Notes under the pieces: generated by a model | Told to the model about the DNA's origin: nothing | Databases searched by the model: none | The model's input: only the letters and a program-made list of their open reading frames with translations | Part shown: positions 11,930 to 25,900 of the stretch, in pieces | How positions within the stretch are numbered: position 1 is the stretch's first letter | Layout of the letters: every line of letters begins with the position of its first letter | Position numbers and translations under genes: made by a program | NCBI GenBank assembly: GCA_964016885.1 | Contig: OZ024741.1 | Coordinates: forward strand, 407,092,001 to 407,156,000 | Direction: 5' to 3' | Length of the DNA stretch: 64,000 nt | DNA from: Eledone cirrhosa | Lineage: Eukaryota

Positions 11930-12162
11930 AGGTTCTTTCAAAATGAAAAAATAAAACAGATGTCCTACACAAGTGAAAGTATAAGGAAAAAGGATGAAAT
12001 CGAAAATGCAACTGGAGTCTTCTTAAGAATATTTATTTGTTTCCTTTACCGGTTTCACAGTTCTTATGCTTTTCAAAAGTAGAATAAATAAATATTCTTA
12101 AGAAGGAAACAAATAAATATTCTTAAAAAGACTCGAGTTGTATTTACGATTTCATCTTTTTT
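11930..12162 (-). mobile_element. Fold-back pLTR remnant with minimal HHR (12043-12080)
   Basis: Inverted arms ~11987-12046 / 12103-12162. Minus strand reads CTT-TTGAAAA-GCA..TGT-GAAA-CCGG-TA-AAG. Confidence 0.7.
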
Positions 12163-12779
12163 GTGAGGAAGGGAACGTTATTTATATTGAACTAAGAACT
12201 GACAGTTACTTTAATTTTACCAACTTCATAAGTCTGAAAGCAAATTTGACCTCGAGAGTATTTTAACCCAGTGTCTAATGTATCAAAGAAATATTACACA
12301 ATATTTTGTCAGACGATAAAACGTTTCTGTCTATCCAACTTCCTTTTTTAGCAAAACAACAACTGGAAATATTAGCGGTACGTGGCACATTGAAAAAAAT
12401 AAAATGCCGGTCCGCCACATCAGATAGTTTGAGAAGCACTGATCTACACCTTCCAGTGCGTATTGTTACCTTTCCAATTCATAATCTTCATGAACATGAT
12501 TGACATATGTGACAGATATGTCGCTAATGTTGTGCAATATTAAAGTAGAAAATAATTAGATTAGAGTGTGGCGTATTAGGAATATTAATTTAATGAAACA
12601 AATATATACAGACAGAAACAGTTGAGATATATAAGTAAATATAAAAAGGAATAAAGCTCGAGGTATATTTATTTCCAGATTTCATTGTTTTGAAAATGTA
12701 CTAAAATATTCACTAGAAAGCTGAAGAATAACATTTGAATAAGTTTTTATTTTTTTTTTATTTTAGTCTTTTGACATTT

Positions 12780-13230
12780 ATTTACAATAGTTTATAACTT
12801 TGCTTATTAATCCGTATGGTGAGCAAATGGGGTCCCATGTGCTGCCCCCCCCCCCCCCATAGCCCCGGCGGACAGAATGGAGAAGGCGTTTCCTCGGAGG
12901 ACGGTAAGAGAGACGCGCTGGAAGAGCGAGCCATTCCAGCTCACGAAGCTCACACCTGCGGCTGGCCAGCTCAGCGCCTATGGTGGTGAGTAGGGAGGTA
13001 GCCCTAGGGCCGAGGACACCAGAAGTCTCCACTGTCAAGGGCACGACCGCGATCCTGTCGGAGAACGACCGGTAATGGAGAGTTTGGCCTCCTCAGCCCG
13101 ACGTGCAGCAGAACCTGGGTTAGTCGCAGACTGCACCAGGTTGAGGCTGGAGAAAGCGCCGCTGCAAGTGGCATCCCAGACGAGGGGTTTGCCTCCACGG
13201 AACGGGAAGATGGTCATACCGTCTGGCCTT
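12780..13230 (-). mobile_element. CRE-like non-LTR retrotransposon 3' fragment (restriction-like endonuclease)
   Basis: RPDGMT..WDATC, AEEAK, PLTVETSGVLG, FQRVSL..LRGNA. Other fragments at 13380-13470(-), 24560-24838(+), 41800-41917(-) and 43354-43547(-). Confidence 0.75.
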
Positions 13231-13853
13231 GAACGAAATAAGTTAACATTTAACTATACAAAATACTTTCCGCATTGCTGGTATAGTCACTGCCTCCATC
13301 TTTCCCGCTCGTCTTATCTCTCGCTATTATAAGAAAATGGCGTCCCAAGCGCTGGCCACACCTTGGCCTCGACGAACAGAATAGAGAAGGAGTTTGCTCG
13401 GAGGATTGAGAGGGAGACGCGTGAGAGGGGCCATTCCAGCTCACGTGGCTCACACCAGAGGTTAGCCAACTCCGTGGACGATGGAAAAACTATATTTAAG
13501 TATTCTTTCTTCTCAGGTGGTGTCGACATTTCTAGATAGATAAATGAACGTAAAAATAAACACAGTTGCAGAAATAATCACATAAACGTTGAAGAGGAAA
13601 GTGTATATATATGAGAAAACACATTTTCGGAATTCTAGCAATGGAGGATATACCTTGTTGATAATAAATAATTCATTAAAATTAAATGTTACTGATGGGG
13701 GCCATAAGAAATATATGTTGGAGATAATCTGTTTTAAAAGTGTCTTAATGTTTAAAGTCTCCATCTACACACACATATACACATATATATTCATATATTT
13801 GTATACTTGTTGTTACAGTCATGACAGACTGACTATACTGCGGCAGCAGATAT

Positions 13854-13914
<61 letters not shown>

Positions 13915-13916
<2 letters not shown>

Positions 13917-14315
13917 GTAGGAGGTGAGTTTTATTGTAGCACAATAAAGCATTGCAAATATCGGATAAGTAGCACTCAACAGTTTATAGGACTGGAGTAA
14001 AAATAATATAAAATCAAAAGATGGTTAAAAGAGTTCTTTGTATTTTATTATGCGCATTTCAAAAACAAATATCATCGTGGGATGATATTTGCGTTCTCAT
14101 CAGATAAAATAGGGAGACATGATATGAAGCTTAAAAAACACTTGCGAGCAGTGAAGTATGTTGATTTAAAACTTCACTGCTCACAAGTGTTTTTTAAGCT
14201 TCATATCATGTCTCCCTATTTTATCTGATGAGAACGCAAATATCATCCCATGATGATATTTGTTTTTGAAATGCGCATAATAAAATACATGGAACTCTTT
14301 TAACCATCTTTTGAT

Positions 14316-14318
<3 letters not shown>
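13915..14318 (-). mobile_element. Fold-back PLE pLTR remnant with HHR on both arms
   Basis: ~150-bp inverted arms 14008-14157 / 14171-14318, a ~90-bp extension on the left, and (TA)n flanks. Confidence 0.82.
14217..14287 (+). ncRNA. Type I hammerhead ribozyme (mirror copy at 14041-14111 on -)
   Basis: TATTTTAT-CTGATGA-[CAAATATCATC/GATGATATTTG stem II]-GAAA-TGCGCA-TA-ATAAAATA. Confidence 0.8.
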
Positions 14319-14377
<59 letters not shown>

Positions 14378-14422
14378 TAAACAAATAATGAATAAACAAT
14401 TCCTTATATTAAACAAAAAAAG

Positions 14423-14578
14423 TTCATTATTTAACGATCGTTTCTAGGGTATATATGTGTTATAATTGGTATGCATATTCAACAGATCTATGTACAAAAT
14501 TATACAAAATTATACAAATTATCAAGATTAAATATACATACCTAACACATATATACGGCCGTCTTCAGAAATAATGAA
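14423..14578 (-). ncRNA. Type I hammerhead ribozyme with ~120-nt stem II insert
   Basis: TTCATTATTT-CTGAAGA-...TATATATGTGTTA...TAACACATATATA..-GAAA-CGATCG-TT-AAATAATGAA, with a 10-bp stem I. Confidence 0.72.
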
Positions 14579-14617
14579 TTGGATTGGACACTACCGTAAA
14601 CTCTTGGTAGATTTATC

Positions 14618-14656
<39 letters not shown>

Positions 14657-14659
<3 letters not shown>

Positions 14660-15331
14660 AATTAGTATATCTACCAACATATGTATACAGATGCGTACCT
14701 ATGCAAGCAAATATATAGGTTTTGTCTTAGTAACTTTGTGGTTCAATGCAAGGGGATGCAGAACAATTATATGAAAGACGTAAAATAAGAAAATTATAAA
14801 AATTAACTTACTTACTAAAATTTCAGTCCAACTAATCAGTTTCTGAAGGGAATAAACATGGTTCCCAAATGGAAAACATGGAGAAGCCATTTCGTCATCA
14901 AGAAGTCATTCTCAGCTAAGATACCTGGCGTTGCGTGGACACGGAACTTATACAAAAATAATTCAGTTGATGGAAAAAAGAAAGCGTAGACTAAATTCCA
15001 AGACATTGAAAAAATCACTGCGTACTTGGTCGGTGCCAAATTCAAAAGAATCAATCACGTGACATCGAGATTAATCAGTGAGGAGTGGGGTGTTAAAAAG
15101 ACAGTAGCCAAGCTGTTACTATGAACTATAGTAGTAATTTTGGCAAATTTTTGCTCAACAAAATAATTTGGAGATAATTATAAAGAATTAGTATATCTAC
15201 CAACATATGTATACAGATGCATACCTATGCAAGCAAATATATAGGTTTTGTCTTAGAAACTCTGTGGTTCAATGCAAGGGGATGCAGAACAATTATATGA
15301 AAGACGTAATATAAGAAAATTATAAAAATTA
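14657..15331. repeat. ~150-bp direct repeats 526 bp apart, flanked by (TA)n
   Basis: 14657-14805 is nearly identical to 15184-15331. Confidence 0.9.
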
Positions 15332-15398
15332 CATATATATATATAATAGAAAAATTAGGAAATTTCGTTTACATATGAAAAATAGTTATTGCATATCG

Positions 15399-15480
15399 AC
15401 CTGTTAGGCGCGTTTCGCAGAGGATTGGCTCATAGAAGTTATGAACCCGACTTCATTATCGATCTGCTCCTCCGACTGGT
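15399..15480 (-). ncRNA. Degenerate hammerhead ribozyme (better-preserved sibling at 22440-22532)
   Basis: C(G/T)GAGGA-GCAGA...TCTG(C/T)-GAAA-CGCGC(C/G)-TA in both copies. Confidence 0.65.
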
Positions 15481-16038
15481 GATGTGACAAAAGATATATT
15501 TTTGTTGTGGTATGTGGACCGAGAAGGTATTTATATATAAAGGCATCGGCCCTACTTTTTTGTATGTGGACGTATGTGTGTTATCTTGGTGTAATTAGTG
15601 AGGTGGCAATAGGAGTGTGTATTCACCGGTATCCATGTGCGTGTTTACGTGAGCACGCGAGAAATTAAGGATTCGTGTGCGTGTATGTGGGCGCATTTTG
15701 GAATGCGTATTGGTCAAAAACTTGTTGTGGTGAAAACAAAAAGCAGGGGTTTGTGGGGTGTGTCACGCTTGGACGACACGGTGCTAGTTTATCGTGTCGG
15801 TAAAGAGAGTTCATGTTTGTGTCAAAGAATTTAGAAAATGTGATTGTCTGGTTATGGATAATATTTGTAAGATGTAGAATTTCAATAACATAGACAGGCA
15901 GGCATAGATTTCGAGCTGCACAGAGACATGTATATACCCATACATGCACTTCCTCGTTTCTCTATTATATACATTTTGCCTGTGTATAAAGGGCTTGATT
16001 TGGTACCAACACCATTATTTCACCGTATTACCTACACA

Positions 16039-16138
<100 letters not shown>

Positions 16139-16388
16139 TTTTATAGAAATATCCAAGGGTAAGAGCACTCAGTCCACAGGAGGAGTTTAGTATATATAGT
16201 TAGAACAGTGACATATACAGGTACTTAAGTTTCGTTGGGTTCTGGACCCCAACTGATTCAGGCTGTCATATTTATATCTGCGTTTACAGATTGACTTTGT
16301 TAATTTCAGAAGATCCCGTTAAGGGTGAAAGCAGCGATTCTTTGCTTAAACTTTAATCTGTTATTTTAATAAATATATATATATATAT

Positions 16389-19012
16389 ATATTGTTGTAA
16401 TAATATTGCCAGAATTAATAATAGAACACACTCACTGTTTGGTTGGTTTTCGCTTCTGTATCTTTTATATCACTTAATTTATTCGGTCCTCAGTGTTTAC
16501 CATTGACTGACCAACAGTCAAAAATACAGATATAATATAGACACAAACACATATATATATTCTTACAAAGTTCTTTCGTTGCACATCTGCAACATCGTCA
16601 GTGGGGCTATTATGTTTCCTCCGGTTGTATTGTATGGCTACGCCATCTTTATTTAATCTCTTTATTTATTTATTTATTTTTGTCTTCTTCTCTGCGCATG
16701 CGTTTGCGTCTGTGTATAGTGTTTGATGTGTGTTTGTGTTTGGGTGACTGTGTCTTGGTTATTGTATTCTATCTTAGTTTATTAGTGTGTGCTTATATGT
16801 TTTTGTTGTTATTGTGCTTGTGTATGTACTTATTTATTTATTTATTTATTTATATTTCTCTTAGGTCAGTATTGTTTGTTTGGGTGTTGTTGTTATTCCA
16901 TTCATTTTTTTCTGTTTAGCTTTGGTCTTCTAAGTTCTATTTCACTGGACTCTCTGATTTGCCTATCTGATGGATCACTTCTATGTTTAGATATTATTTT
17001 AATTTGTATGTTGTCTATTTTACCGTCATGTTGTTGTCTGGCGTGTTCGTATAGTACTGAACCGTTTTTTCGTCCTTTTAGTCCCCCCCCCCCCAGTGTT
17101 CGTCTATCCTTTCACCTATGCTACGAGTTGTCTCGTCTATGTATGTTGTTGTCATGTTTCTGCAAGTACCCTCTGTACATCTTATGCTATAGACTACGTT
17201 TCCAGTTTTACAGTTTATCCAGGGGTTTACTTTACATATAAAACATTTCCTATTGGTACAGTGGGTTTTCTGAAAAGAGTATGTTTTGCAGATCAGGAAA
17301 TTTGTGGTGGTTCCTGGCTTGATGAGAGCTCCATGGACCTCATCATGTACTCTCGTTACGTAGACGACATTAATATTGTAATAAGGACATCCCCAGAAGA
17401 GAGGACTAGCAAGTATGATTTACAATGTAGCACAATGGAAAGCATCCAGCAGATAGCTAATTACATACACCAGAGTATAACTGTAACTATCGACTACCCT
17501 TCCAAATAACCTAACAATTCACTACCTGTATTAGACACGGAACTCTGGATTAACACTATAGACGAGAGAGCCCAAATTCTCCACTCACAAACGCTAAACC
17601 CGTTGCCTCCAAATACCTGATACTCAAAATCTCAGCAATGTCCAGTAGTGCTAAGTTTAATATTCTGATCGCAGACATGGTACGAGTGATGAAGAACGTG
17701 TCCCGCCTGTGCGACCCAACAGAAATGGAAAGACACATCCAACACTTCATCAACCGCATGCATTTCTCTGGCTACAACCAAAGAGACAGAATCGGAGTAT
17801 ACGAAGGAGCCACAGAGAAGTATAAGACCCTCATAGAACTGGACATGAAAGCTATTTGCCCGTTATACAGGAGCAAATCATGGAATAGCTTAGATAGGAC
17901 AAAACATAAGATAGGGAAAGCCACCTCATGGTACGACAACGACATATACCAGAGTGTCATGTTCGTGGACGCTACCCCTGGAGGGAAATTAGCTAACCAG
18001 TGTAGAAAGGCCCTAAGAAAGACCCACTTAAAGATTAAGGTGGTAGAAAAGCCAGGAACCACCATAAAATCCCTGATCAGCAAATCATACCCTTTTAAGA
18101 AAACCACTGTACCAATAGGAAATGTATTATATGTAAAGTAAACCCCCGGATAAACTGTAAAACTAGAAACGTAGTCTATAGCATAAGATGTACAGAGGAT
18201 ACTTACAGAAACATGACAACAACATACATAGGTGAGACAGCTCGTAGCATAGGTGAAAGGATAGACCAACACTGGGGGGAACTAAAAGGACGGAAAAACG
18301 GTTCAGAACACGCCAGACAACAACATGACGGTAAGATAGACAACATACAAATTAAAATAATATCTAAACATAGAAGTGACCCAGCAGATAGGCAAATCAG
18401 AGAGGCCAGGGAAATAGAACTTAGAAGGCCAAAGCTCAACAGAAAAAATGAATGGAATAACAAAACCCAAACAAACAATACTGACCTAAGAGAAATATAA
18501 ATAAATAAATAAATACATACACAAGCACAATAACAACAAACACATATAAACACACTCTAGTAAACTAAGATAAAATACAATAACCAAAACACAGTCACCC
18601 AAACGCGAACACACATTAAACACTATACACACACGCAAACGCATGCGCAGAGAAGACAAAAATAAATAAATAAATAAACAGATTAAATAAAGATGGCGTA
18701 GACATACAATACAACCGGAGGAAACCTAATAGCCCCACTGACGATGTTGCAGATGTGCAACAAAAGAACTTTGTTAGACTATATATATGTGTTTGTGTCT
18801 GTATTATATCTGTATTTTTGACCGTTGGTCAGTCAATGGTAAACACTGAGGACCTAATAAATTAACTGATGTAAAAGTTACAGAAGCGAAAACCAACCAA
18901 ACAGTGAGTGTGTTCTGTTATTAATTCTGGCAATATTATTACAACAATATGACCCTCCCCAAGTATAACAATATTTGTTTCAACACACGATTTCATATCA
19001 AATACCCCGCAA

Positions 19013-19015
<3 letters not shown>
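16389..19015 (+). mobile_element. Penelope-like element, second clade, 5'-truncated with a ~900-bp inverted 5' arm
   Basis: YSRYVDD, LPVLD, Cys linker CTNRKCIIC..C, VVYSI..YIGETAR..ERI..H and LNRKNEW. Arms are 16389-17297 / 18072-18950 with an extension at 18951-19015. An HHR-like CTGACGA-TGTTGCA..TGCAAC-GAAA is present (intact GAAA in the left arm). Confidence 0.9.
17300..18500 (+). pseudogene. PLE RT C-terminal part + GIY-YIG endonuclease, disrupted
   Basis: ORFs 17096-17509 (3' part), 17638-18141 and 18213-18500. Confidence 0.85.
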
Positions 19016-19064
<49 letters not shown>

Positions 19065-19277
19065 CAAAGGAATTGTGATAAGGAACCAGATGGACCATAA
19101 CGCACCAAAGTACTCAATACTTAGGGTTGTAGAGTGGGTAACAGGAACGAGTATTACCCCGACGGCAGTGAGTGCTCAAGCCGTTTCGACGGCTATTTCC
19201 GTCGAAACGGCTTAAGCTCTGCCGTCGGGGTCATACTCGTTCCTATATATATATACATATATATATAAATTATATGC

Positions 19278-19370
<93 letters not shown>

Positions 19371-19527
19371 TGTGTGTGTACATGTATATACACTTACTTA
19401 TGTACATATATACACACACACACATGTATATATCTGTGTGTACAAAGAAGAACCAAACTAAAACAGAAAATAGAATATATTGATTTCAGTTCTAGACATT
19501 CTATCATTCTCGCATAGAAATAACAAT

Positions 19528-19757
19528 GACACCACCACCACCACCATCACCAAGCCCACCACCACCACTACCACCAACACCACCACCACCACCATTACCA
19601 CCACCACCACCACCACCTCCACCATCACCACCACCACCACCACCACAACCATCACCACCACCACTTCCACCACCAACACCACCACCACTACCACCACCAC
19701 CACCACCTCCACCACCAGTACCATCACCACCACCACCACCACCAACAACAACAACAA
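19528..19757. repeat. (CAC)n microsatellite (similar tracts at 54486-54880 and 57435-57630)
   Basis: Directly visible. Confidence 0.95.
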
Positions 19758-20095
19758 AACACCCAGAAACTTTAATGTTTCAATGTATTGATTACACTAG
19801 CTACACTAGTTATGGTAGTATATGTTCATAATGTTGCAAGGTAAGACTGCGTCATCTGAACAAATAGATTTATACAGAATTTCCAATAGAAATAACACTG
19901 ATATAACGTTGAAGTTTTTAACTATTTTCCTCTACGTAGTGTTGGAACAGTTTCTATCATATTGCGACAATTATAACAGACACCGATGTAATGATTACGT
20001 ATATCTTAAGACATTATCTGTAGCAGGCAACATACAATAACTAATAAGGAACCCAGTAGCCAAGGTGTAAAGACGTAAAATAACCTATACATATA

Positions 20096-20280
20096 CAATT
20101 GTTTCTACTTTCGGCACAAGGCCAGCAATTACCCGGCACATTACTGGTACTTTATTTTATCGACCCCATAAGGATGAAAGGCAAAGTTAACCTCGACGGG
20201 ATTTGAACTTAGACCGTAAAGAGAGGTAACTATGCTGTAAAGCATGACTCCGACCTTCTACCGATACTGCCAATCCACAC
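20096..20280 (-). mobile_element. SINE family A
   Basis: Matches the consensus at 10397. Confidence 0.85.
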
Positions 20281-20822
20281 ACGTCGTGTTTGTGTGTGTG
20301 TGCGTATGAATGCGTGAGACTGTCTTGAATCTCTGTCAGTTCAAGCGACCTATGTTCCAGATAATTCGACCACTGGTACAGCCTCTTCATGAAATATACC
20401 TGGCTGAGTATTCCATAGACTTATGGGGATCGGCTGAAAGTTTCATAGCCTGAAACGTTGATAACCTGACTAATATACTCTCCTGGAATCACCATTTGAA
20501 TTAGAATCACCTGGAAAGAAACGATGCAGTTATTAATTAGAAAATATAAAATTATTGAATTCAAGATTTCACAGCCCTAACATCACTCCTTCATAGGCTG
20601 ACCAAGATACTCTCATGGAATTACCAAATGAGATTTATTTTTCAACATAGTCCCTGGAAAGAAATAATGTTGTTATTAATAAAAACAGCTGCAATTAATG
20701 CACACAAGATTTCACAGGTCCTTCATAGCTTATGAACTTTTCAGCCTACCATCGTATATAACATTAATGTAATTTTCAAAGAGAACCGTGGGTATAGTTT
20801 GTGGCAACATTGGATCTATAAA

Positions 20823-20865
<43 letters not shown>

Positions 20866-21048
20866 TCCAGTTTACTCAGGTGTAGAAATGAGTTGCGACA
20901 TCGCTGGTGCCAAGCTGTATTGGCCATTGCTTTTCCTTTGGACAACATCAGTGGCGTAGAGAGGGGAGACTGGTATGCATGTTTAACTGCAGGAAAGATT
21001 TCCTGGCGATTTCCTTCGAATGAAACAGTTCTAGTCCTGCAGAAGCCA

Positions 21049-21875
<827 letters not shown>

Positions 21876-22035
21876 TATGTATATATATCCGAGAGGGTGT
21901 GGTAAGATAACAGGTGGACCATAACCCACCAGAGTACTCGATACTTGAGGTAGTAGAGTGGGTAATAGGAAAAGATGCAGGACACCGACAACTGAGTTCG
22001 GATCTGGCTGTCGAAACGGGGTCCTGAATCTGTTC

Positions 22036-22120
<85 letters not shown>

Positions 22121-22170
22121 TGTGTGTGTATATATATGTGTGTGTGTGTATATATATATACATATATATC

Positions 22171-22350
22171 AAGTTTAATATAGGAATGTCTTCTACACAA
22201 CTAGAACGGTTTCATTCAAAAAGATTATCATCATGGAAATCCTTAAGAAGTCTTTTGAATGAAACAGTACTAGTCCTGTAGAAGCCATTTCTATATTAAA
22301 CATGGTATTTACACTCAACTAATGTATTGAATACCTTACTGCGGCTACCC
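22171..22350 (+). mobile_element. Fold-back pLTR remnant, same family as 3829 (fragment also at ~20995-21050)
   Basis: GAATGAAACAGT.CTAGTCCTGTAGAA with its inverted copy, and the extension ATGTATTGAATACCTTAC. Confidence 0.7.
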
Positions 22351-22804
22351 CCGCCCAGTTACTGGCGCTGGTAACTAATTGAGCACTCGATGCACAGACA
22401 GATGTTTCGTTTACATGTATTCAGCTTTTTAGTGTATGTCCAGCTTTTACGCGCGTTTCACAGAGGATTGACTCAGGCTCACCCGTAGAAATTATGGACC
22501 CGTATCCATTATCGATCTGCTCCTCAGACTGGGGATTCGACAAATCTCATTAAAACCAATCCGATTAACAGCAGATGAGTTTTTTGCGGCGAGTAGAGTG
22601 GTGTCAGACACAGTGTTTAACAAAGATTACTTCTAAGATACTTTCTAACTATGGCAGATCACCTGATCTCGTATAAACTTCTCCATTGATTCGCATTACA
22701 ACAATATATAATTACACTGCAGGACCTGTATGAAACCTCATTGCTTATGATTGTCTATTAACAATAGATTTTGTGGATCATGTAAGAGTTGGGTGTCTCT
22801 ATTT

Positions 22805-23130
22805 TATGGATTGGCAGTATCGGTAGAGAGTCGAACACATAGAGTTACGACCCTTTATGATCTGAGTTCAAATCAAGCCGAGGTTAACTTTGCCTTTCAT
22901 CCTTACGGGGGTCGATAATATAAAGTACCACTTGGTTAATTGCTGGCCTTGTGCCAAACGTAGAAACAATTATCGTTCATCGTAAGCGGCGAAGTCATTC
23001 GAACGCCGGATAGAATGTTTCATGGCATTCGTTCGGGTTCTCTGACCTCTGAATTCAAATCGCGCCAAGATCAACTTTACCTTTCGTCCTTTCGAGGTCG
23101 ATAAACATATATCATTCTAGTACTGGGATC
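22805..23130 (+). mobile_element. Two SINE family A copies
   Basis: Consensus match. The second copy is diverged. Confidence 0.75.
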
Positions 23131-23669
23131 GATTCCACCTCTCTCTGGAAGAAATCTGTTGTACTCAGACCTGGAGAGTGATGGACTCCATAAGGCTTAA
23201 AATGCCCCAAAACGCTGTATGTTAATATGGTGTCCCTACCACTCTACCAGGAGTTACGGAACCATATCATATGTCTTCTTGTCCAAGAAACGATCCTCTG
23301 ACGTCGGTTAACTATTTGATTAGCTATAACTGAATTATAACTGACAATAACATAGATATTGTTGTTACATATATATGGGAAATAGCAGAGGAAATATTAA
23401 TAGCTGGTGTTGGCAGAATGCCAGAAATTTCCTTTAAAACAGATTTAGTAAATTGAAGGAACTGCAATATATGTCTGGTATATTTCTCGTAGACTTTGAA
23501 GGAAGGAGAGTATACGGCAAACTAGAAGCGAAGTGTCTATGTCTGTGTGTGTAGGACGTAAAGGGAGATAAGATACCACATATAAAATTGTATGGCTTTC
23601 TAACATGCCCGAATCTCTATGAAACTATAACAAAAAGATATTGAATTTATTAAGCATTTGTATCATCTA

Positions 23670-23925
23670 TAGAGCGATTCTTTCCTGGGACATTCTAACC
23701 ACATGCCCGTATTATCGGAGCTGTGATCTCTCAATTCAGAAATTCCTTCCTGGGACATTCTAACCACATGCCCGTAGTATCAGAGCTGTGATCTCTCAAT
23801 TCAGAGAAGTAGCGGCTCTACTTGGAATGACTCTCTGATCTCAGGGTTTCAAATCTTTCCAGAGATTCTTTCCTGAGATATTCTAACCACATGAGCATAG
23901 TATCAGAGCTGTGATCTCTCTGTTA
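23670..23925 (-). mobile_element. Locally triplicated RTE LINE fragment
   Basis: Three copies of TTCTTTCCTGGGACATTCTAACCACATG..GAGCTGTGATCTCTC, homologous to 56190-56290. Confidence 0.65.
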
Positions 23926-25639
23926 AGAAAAATGTAGGTTAGTAATATCATCGATAGATCTAATCTAAATATACGATGCGGCGAAAAAATGAGATGCAAA
24001 GTTGGTACGATTTGAACTCACGTATTTAACTGCTTCACTTGTATACTTCAAAACAACTTGTGTGTTGATATAGAGAAAATATAGACCAGAAGTTTATATA
24101 TTGACATCGGGGAGTGTTGTATAATTGTTTTGGTCATCGTGACATTAATATAATAGTGTATTAATTTATGCAGTGGTGCAGTAATGACGACAGCAGTGAA
24201 AGTAGTTAATCAACCCTACATTGTATTGGGGATTATATTATTGATATTTTATCGGTGAAAATATACGACACAATGAAGTATTTCATGGTTATTATTGGCA
24301 TAGAAAATCAAGGAGGTGGGGGTGGTCGCTTTTTTTCAACGATTTCAATTTTGAACAATTAAAACATCAAATTTTGTTCATCAGTTTGCTTAGCTATTCA
24401 ACTAGCTGCGTGATTCTCAGAGTTACAGCTGGCAATAATAAAATAAATGTAGTATGTTTTGTTATGAACGTTAAGAGAACTTATCGGCAAAATATTTTTG
24501 TTACTGCATTCGTCAGTTATATATCGAATAATAATAATATTCTGCTCTCAACGAGGTCGTAAAGGATGGCTTGAATGCTGCACGCTTCCCATCCCTGCTC
24601 AATTCCGGCTGGGCTTGAGCGAGGGGGGGGGGGGGGGGGCAAAAGGCCAGACAGGATGACCAACTTCCCGTTCCACGGTGGTAAATCCCTCATGTCGGAT
24701 GTCACTTCCAGCAACACATTCTCCAGTGGCAACCTGGTGCAGTCTGCGACCAACCCAGCTTCTGTTGAACTTTGGGTCGAGGAGGGTGAACTCTCCAAAT
24801 ATCGGTCGCTCTCCAACAGGTTTGCGATCAAGCCCTAGGACCACCCCCTACTCACCACCAGCGGCACAAAGTCCACTACCCGAAGGTATAACAATCTTAA
24901 TATTCGATTCGCTTGCAAGTAAACAGCCTCATAACACCATGTGTTTTAAACGACTATCATCATTCTTTTGTTCTAGCGATAGCAGAGAGAAACAATCGAC
25001 AACTGCTTCAGGGTTATTGAACCTTGTCAAGATAGTGTATCTCTCAATTTTCTGCTACACACAAGTATTCTCTAAAGTATAATCGGATGATAAGCTTAAT
25101 TTGCATAGTGAGCGATTTTACGGCTATGTTAGAGCGAAAGCAAATTATTATTCATGTTATTGGTTCATCCCAGGACAATCTTGTGATAACTAATACGAAC
25201 TTCAGATTTTACGGCAGCAGATGTTGGATTTGAGAAAGACTTAGGTAGCTATTTTTAGTTGGTCGACCGACTTCAGGGGCGTTCTCTCGTAGGCTTGTGG
25301 GAAAATATTAATCTCTGATAGTGTCAAAGGGACAGGAATGGTAAGAGCTTGGCATAGTCAAATGAATTAACACTAGTATATGTTTGGTATACAGTCTTAC
25401 CCTGTTATTGTTTAGCAATTCAGTAATCACCGGTTTTCCTAATTATAATCAGAGATATCCCAGCCATGACCATTTTGTTTTTCGTTATGTTCTTTGATTT
25501 TGTTATACCTGTCAAAGGTTGTATATTTAGAAATTCTACATTTTTATCACTTTTATTTTTTAAGACATATGATGGTGGGTTAGATAGTTTCAGCTACTAT
25601 TTCGTGCAGTTTACCCGAGGCCCAGTCGTTATAGTTAAA

Positions 25640-25900
25640 ATCTGTTATAAGCCGAAGGCTCATCAGGTCGGTGCTTATACCTTGGCTTTAGGAGGCTGAG
25701 AGTACAAAACTCTCATTGGACAGGACGATGGTCTATCGCAGGTTTAACGCCCAGCTATTGCCGATGCATGGCTTAGTCGTTAGAGCATTGGGCTTGCAAT
25801 TGAAAGGTTGTGAGTTCAATTCTCGGACCGGGTGATGTGCTGTTTCCTTGAGCAAGACAATTTATTTCACATTGCTCCAGTTTACTCAGCTGTAGAAATG
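25640..25900. mobile_element. SINE family B pieces (also 51400-51520, 60930-61200, 61420-61525)
   Basis: tRNA-like head (TGGCTTAGT.G..AG..GAGTTCAATTC), TTGAGCAAGACACTTTATTTCAC body, and CCTGCGATGGACTGGCGTC-type tail. Confidence 0.7.

Noticed and set aside
16218-16270. HHR-like CTGAATCA-GTTGGG..CCCAAC-GAAA-CTTAAG-TA on the minus strand
   Set aside because: Stems II and III are good but the core is non-canonical. It is probably a decayed pLTR and was not counted as a supported ribozyme.
19458-19831. Poly-Thr/Pro/Val ORFs (also 30115, 54417, 55806, 57319, 59727)
   Set aside because: They are simple-repeat translations.
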